Assembly (NCBI GenBank): GCA_963782055.1
Contig: CAWAIF010000003.1
Span: forward strand, 5,984,001 to 6,048,000
DNA length: 64,000 nt
Direction: 5' to 3'
Origin: an uncultured delta proteobacterium
GTDB taxonomy: Bacteria; Myxococcota_A; Polyangia; Polyangiales; Polyangiaceae
Shown: one piece after another, positions 60,535 to 64,000 of the stretch
How positions within the stretch are numbered: the stretch's first letter is position 1
Layout of the letters: every line of letters starts with the position of its first letter
Made by a program: the position numbers and the translations under genes
The notes under the pieces: generated by a model
The model's database searches: none
The model's input: only the letters and a program-made list of their open reading frames with translations
Told to the model about the DNA's origin: nothing

Positions 60535-61518
60535 GTGCGCGTCGTCCACGTCGACCCGGACCGGCCGGATCCGGCCGTCATCGCCCTCGCCGCGCGCGAG
60601 CTGCGGGAGGGCCGCCTCGTCGCCTTCCCCACCGAGACCGTCTACGGCCTCGGCGCGCGCGCGCTCGATCCGGAGGCGGTGGCGCGCGTCTTCGAGGCGA
60701 AGGGGCGGCCGCGCGCGCACCCGCTCATCGCGCACGTGCTCGGCGAGGACGACGCGCGCTCGCTGGCGCGACGGTGGCCGGATCGCGCCTCGACGCTCGC
60801 GCGCGCCTTCTGGCCCGGGCCGCTGACGCTGGTGGTGGCGCGGGCGGCGCGCGTGCCCGACGCCGTCACGGCGGGCGGCGACTCGGTGGCGGTGCGCGCG
60901 CCGTCACACGCGGTCGCGCGGGCGCTCATCGCCGCGCTGGGAGAGCCGGTGGTGGCGCCGAGCGCCAACCGCTACCAGAGCCTCTCGCCCACGCGCGCGG
61001 AGCACGTGGCGCAATCGTTGATGGGTCAGGAGATCCTGGTCCTGGACGCCGGGCCGTGCGAGCGCGGCATCGAGTCGACGGTGGTGGACGTACGCACGGG
61101 GCCCCCGCGCGTGCTGCGCTTCGGCGCGCTGGCGCTCGCCGACGTGGCGCGCGTGTGTCCGGACGCGGTGTCCGGCGTCGTCAGCGCGCCCGCCGGCGAG
61201 GTGCGACCCTCGCCCGGGATGGACGTGCGCCACTACGCGCCGCGGACCCGCATGACCGTCGCCCCGACGCGCGAGGAGGCGATCACCCGCGCGAAGGCCG
61301 CGACGGGCCGGGCGGCGATCCTCCTCTTCGGCGGCGAGCCCCCCGGGGGCGTGACCGCCCGCGTGCTGCCGCGCGATCCGGTCGCCGCGGGCCGGGAGCT
61401 CTACGCCGCCCTGCACGCGCTGGACGCGGCCGGGGTGGACGAGCTGATCGTGGAGCCACCGCCGGAGCACGAGGGCTGGGAGGCGATCCGGGACCGGCTG
61501 GCGAGGGCGAGCACCTGA
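60535..61518 (+). CDS. sua5: L-threonylcarbamoyladenylate synthase (Sua5/TsaC2)
   Basis: VAFPTETVYGLGA, KGRP..HPLI.H, WPGPLTL, APSAN, GIESTVVD, SPGM...HYAP, SUA5 domain. Confidence 0.95.
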   Translation: MRVVHVDPDRPDPAVIALAARELREGRLVAFPTETVYGLGARALDPEAVARVFEAKGRPRAHPLIAHVLGEDDARSLARRWPDRASTLARAFWPGPLTLVVARAARVPDAVTAGGDSVAVRAPSHAVARALIAALGEPVVAPSANRYQSLSPTRAEHVAQSLMGQEILVLDAGPCERGIESTVVDVRTGPPRVLRFGALALADVARVCPDAVSGVVSAPAGEVRPSPGMDVRHYAPRTRMTVAPTREEAITRAKAATGRAAILLFGGEPPGGVTARVLPRDPVAAGRELYAALHALDAAGVDELIVEPPPEHEGWEAIRDRLARAST

Positions 61519-61576
61519 TCGGCCCGCGCCCGGCGTCCCTTGCCAGCCCGATCCTTTACCTCTATAGGACCTCGCC

Positions 61577-62338
61577 ATGGCCCTGAAGGACCGCGTCGCC
61601 CTGGTCACCGGCGGTGGGAAAGGCGTCGGCGCCGCCGTCGCCCTCCGGCTCGCCCTGGAGGGCGCAGAGGTCGCGGTCATGGGGCGCGACCGCGAGTCCC
61701 TCGAGGCTGTCGCCCGGGAGATCGACGGGCTCGTCCTCGTCGCCGACGTCACCGACCCCGCCGCCGTCGACGCCGCGCTCCTGCACCTGCGCGAGGAGCT
61801 GGGCGACGTCTCCGTCCTGGTGCAAAACGCCGGCATCGCCGACTCCGCCCCGCTCCTCGGCACCACCGACGAGATGTGGGACCGCACCATGGCCGTCAAC
61901 GTGACCGCGGCCTTCCGCCTCGCGCGGTCGCTCGTCCCGGCGATGGTCAAGACCGGCTGGGGCCGCGTGGTGCACGTCGCCTCCAACGCGGGGCTCACCG
62001 GCTACGCGTACACCTCGGCGTACTGCGCCTCCAAGCACGCCCTCGTCGGCCTCACGCGCGCCATGGCGGCGGAGCTCGCGCGCACCGGCGTCACGGTCAA
62101 CGCGGTGTGCCCCGGCTTCATCGACACCGACATGACCACCCGCGCCGTGGAGCGCATCGCGCACGCGACGAAGCGCACGCCGGCGGAGGCCCGCAAGGCG
62201 CTGGAGGATCTCAACCCGCAGAAGCGCCTCATCCACGTGGAGGAGGTCGCCCACGCGGTCGCCATGCTGTGCGCCGACGGCGCTCGCGGAATCAACGGAC
62301 AGGCAATTCCCATTGACGGTGGACAGGTGATGCGATGA
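61577..62338 (+). CDS. SDR-family oxidoreductase
   Basis: TGGGKGVG, NAG, YCASK, NAVCPG. Confidence 0.93.
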   Translation: MALKDRVALVTGGGKGVGAAVALRLALEGAEVAVMGRDRESLEAVAREIDGLVLVADVTDPAAVDAALLHLREELGDVSVLVQNAGIADSAPLLGTTDEMWDRTMAVNVTAAFRLARSLVPAMVKTGWGRVVHVASNAGLTGYAYTSAYCASKHALVGLTRAMAAELARTGVTVNAVCPGFIDTDMTTRAVERIAHATKRTPAEARKALEDLNPQKRLIHVEEVAHAVAMLCADGARGINGQAIPIDGGQVMR

Positions 62339-62730
62339 CCCAAGTGATCTCCCCGCCCGGCGCCCCGCGCCCCCGCGGTTACGCCGACGGCCTCCTCGCT
62401 CCGAGCGGCCGCATGCTCTTCATCTCCGGACAGATCGCGTGGGACAAGGACGCGCGCATCGTCAGCCCGGACTTCGGCGTGCAGTTCCTCGCCGCGCTGG
62501 ACAACGTGATCAACGTGGTCCGCGCCGCGGGCGGCGGCACCGAGCACATCGTCAAGCTGCTCGCCTTCGTCACCGACCTGGACGCCTACCGCGCCGCGCA
62601 GAAGGCCATCGGCGAGGGCTGGCGCGCGCGGATGGGCAAGTACTACCCCGCGATGAGCCTGGTGAAGGTCGCCGGGCTGCTCGAGCCCGGCGCGCTCGTC
62701 GAGATCGAGGGCGTGGCGGTCCTGCCGTGA
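62335..62730 (+). CDS. RidA/YjgF family protein
   Basis: LFISGQI, YPAMSLV.V.GL, LVEIEGVA. Confidence 0.92.
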   Translation: MTQVISPPGAPRPRGYADGLLAPSGRMLFISGQIAWDKDARIVSPDFGVQFLAALDNVINVVRAAGGGTEHIVKLLAFVTDLDAYRAAQKAIGEGWRARMGKYYPAMSLVKVAGLLEPGALVEIEGVAVLP

Positions 62731-63230
62731 CGGCGGTCGCGCGCAAGCGCGGCACCCAGCCCGCCCGGGTCGGGGGCGTGGACGCGCTGGAGGAGCACCG
62801 CCACGACCTGGACGTGAGCGTGTGGCTGCGCCTGCTGGAGTGCCACGGCCGCGTGCTGGGGGACCTGCGCCGCGCGCTGGAGGCGGACTGCACCCTCCCG
62901 CGCTTCGAGCTGCTCGTCAGCCTGGACCGGGAGGACGGGCAGACACTGGCGGGGCTCAGCCGCCGGCTGCTGGTGACCGCCGGCAACCTCACCGGCCTGG
63001 TCGACCGCGCGGTGCGCGACGGCGTGGTCGCCCGCCGGCCGGACCCGCGCGACCGCCGCCTGTCGCGCGTTCACCTCACCGCGAAGGGCCGCGCCCTGGT
63101 CCGCGCCCTGGTGCCCGCGCACGCGCGCCTCGTCTCCGCCGAGCTCTCCGGGCTGGAGGTCGGCGAGCGGCGAGACCTGCGGCGCCTGCTCGGCAAGCTG
63201 CGCGACTCCCTGCGAGAGAAGGAAGCATGA
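62727..63230 (+). CDS. MarR-family transcriptional regulator
   Basis: VWLRLL, TLPRFELL, VTAGNLTGLVDR, DPRDRR, LTAKGR. GTGA overlap with the upstream gene. Confidence 0.9.
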   Translation: MTAVARKRGTQPARVGGVDALEEHRHDLDVSVWLRLLECHGRVLGDLRRALEADCTLPRFELLVSLDREDGQTLAGLSRRLLVTAGNLTGLVDRAVRDGVVARRPDPRDRRLSRVHLTAKGRALVRALVPAHARLVSAELSGLEVGERRDLRRLLGKLRDSLREKEA

Positions 63231-64000
63231 TCAGCCCCAAGACCTTCAAGTACGCGCTGAAGGACGGCGTCGCCGAGATCACCCTCGACCGCGCCGACAA
63301 GCTCAACGCCCTCACCTTCGCCATCTACGAGGAGCTGCGCGACACCTTCGCCGCGCTCGACCACGACGCGGCGGTGCGCGCGGTGGTGCTCGGCGGCGAG
63401 GGACGCGCCTTCTGCTCCGGCGGGGACGTGGAGGACATCATCGGCGAGCTCTTCGCCCGCGACATGCAGGGGATGCTCGCCTTCACCCGCGTCACGGGCG
63501 CGCTCATCGCCAACATCCGCAAGCTGCGGCGCCCGGTCGTCGCCGCGGTCAACGGCGTGGCGGTCGGGGCCGGCGCGGTCATGGCCCTCGCCTGCGACTT
63601 CCGCGTCGCCGCGGACAGCGCGCGCTTCGGCTTCATCTTCCCCAAGGTGGGCCTCTCCGGCGCCGACATGGGCGCGGCGTACCTCCTGCCACGCGTCGTC
63701 GGCCTCGGCCGCGCGAGCGAGCTGCTCTTCCTGGGCGATCTGGTCGGCGCCGAGGAGGCGCTCCGCATCGGGCTGGTCAACAAGGTGGTGCCGAAGGACC
63801 AGTGCCGCGCCGAGGCGCGCAAGCTCGCCGAACGCCTCGCGTCCGGCCCCGCCTTCGCGCACACCGTGACCAAGCAGATGCTGGAGAGCGAGCACACGAT
63901 GGCGCTCGCCGAGGCGATCGAGGCGGAGGCGCAGGCGCAGGCCATCTGCATGATGCACCCCGACTTTCGCATCGCCTACGACGCGTGGGTCGCCAAGAAG
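63227..64000 (+). CDS. Enoyl-CoA hydratase family protein (runs off the right edge)
   Basis: Manual translation: MISPKTF...ITLDRADKLNALTF...AFCSGGDV...AAVNGVAVGAGA..ALACDFR...FPKVGLSGADMG. Confidence 0.93.
   Translation, partial: MISPKTFKYALKDGVAEITLDRADKLNALTFAIYEELRDTFAALDHDAAVRAVVLGGEGRAFCSGGDVEDIIGELFARDMQGMLAFTRVTGALIANIRKLRRPVVAAVNGVAVGAGAVMALACDFRVAADSARFGFIFPKVGLSGADMGAAYLLPRVVGLGRASELLFLGDLVGAEEALRIGLVNKVVPKDQCRAEARKLAERLASGPAFAHTVTKQMLESEHTMALAEAIEAEAQAQAICMMHPDFRIAYDAWVAKK

Overview
Very GC-rich chromosomal window. Gene content (MYXO-CTERM-type C-termini, sigma54 enhancer-binding protein, PP2C-cNMP phosphatase, Cys-rich lipoproteins) points to a myxobacterium of the Polyangiales type; this is an inference. 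Ordinary genes include aceB with a divergent RamB/ScfR regulator, an S1-domain paralog, a PlsB-like acyltransferase, a MacAB-type ABC exporter, an ECF sigma/anti-sigma pair, uvrB, hutF, DUF58/VWA genes, an amidase, two phosphoesterases, two histidine kinases, an S8 protease, sua5 and the start of an aromatic-CoA catabolic operon. The unusual part is 17.2-26.8 kb, a diverged tandem duplication joined at a 12-bp microhomology between a dehydrogenase gene and hutF. It carries two alleles of an uncharacterised operon: small paralogous beta-rich proteins, then a protein with a constant N-terminus, an AT-rich variable glycine-zipper hairpin and C-terminal PxP(E/D)..GGGPR repeats, then a co-varying membrane protein. 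This resembles a polymorphic toxin/immunity or kin-recognition system. Each copy has a DUF559 nuclease whose start codon sits inside a 136-nt hairpin with compensatory substitutions, and a (CTGC)7 tract lies upstream of the intact operon. Four separate frameshifts all fall at GATC read as GAATC/GATTC, probably methylation-linked read errors. At least 11 genes have a TANNNT box 6-9 nt before the start codon (leaderless layout). No rRNA, tRNA, CRISPR array, integrase or transposase was recognised. Protein family calls come from recognised motifs, not database searches.
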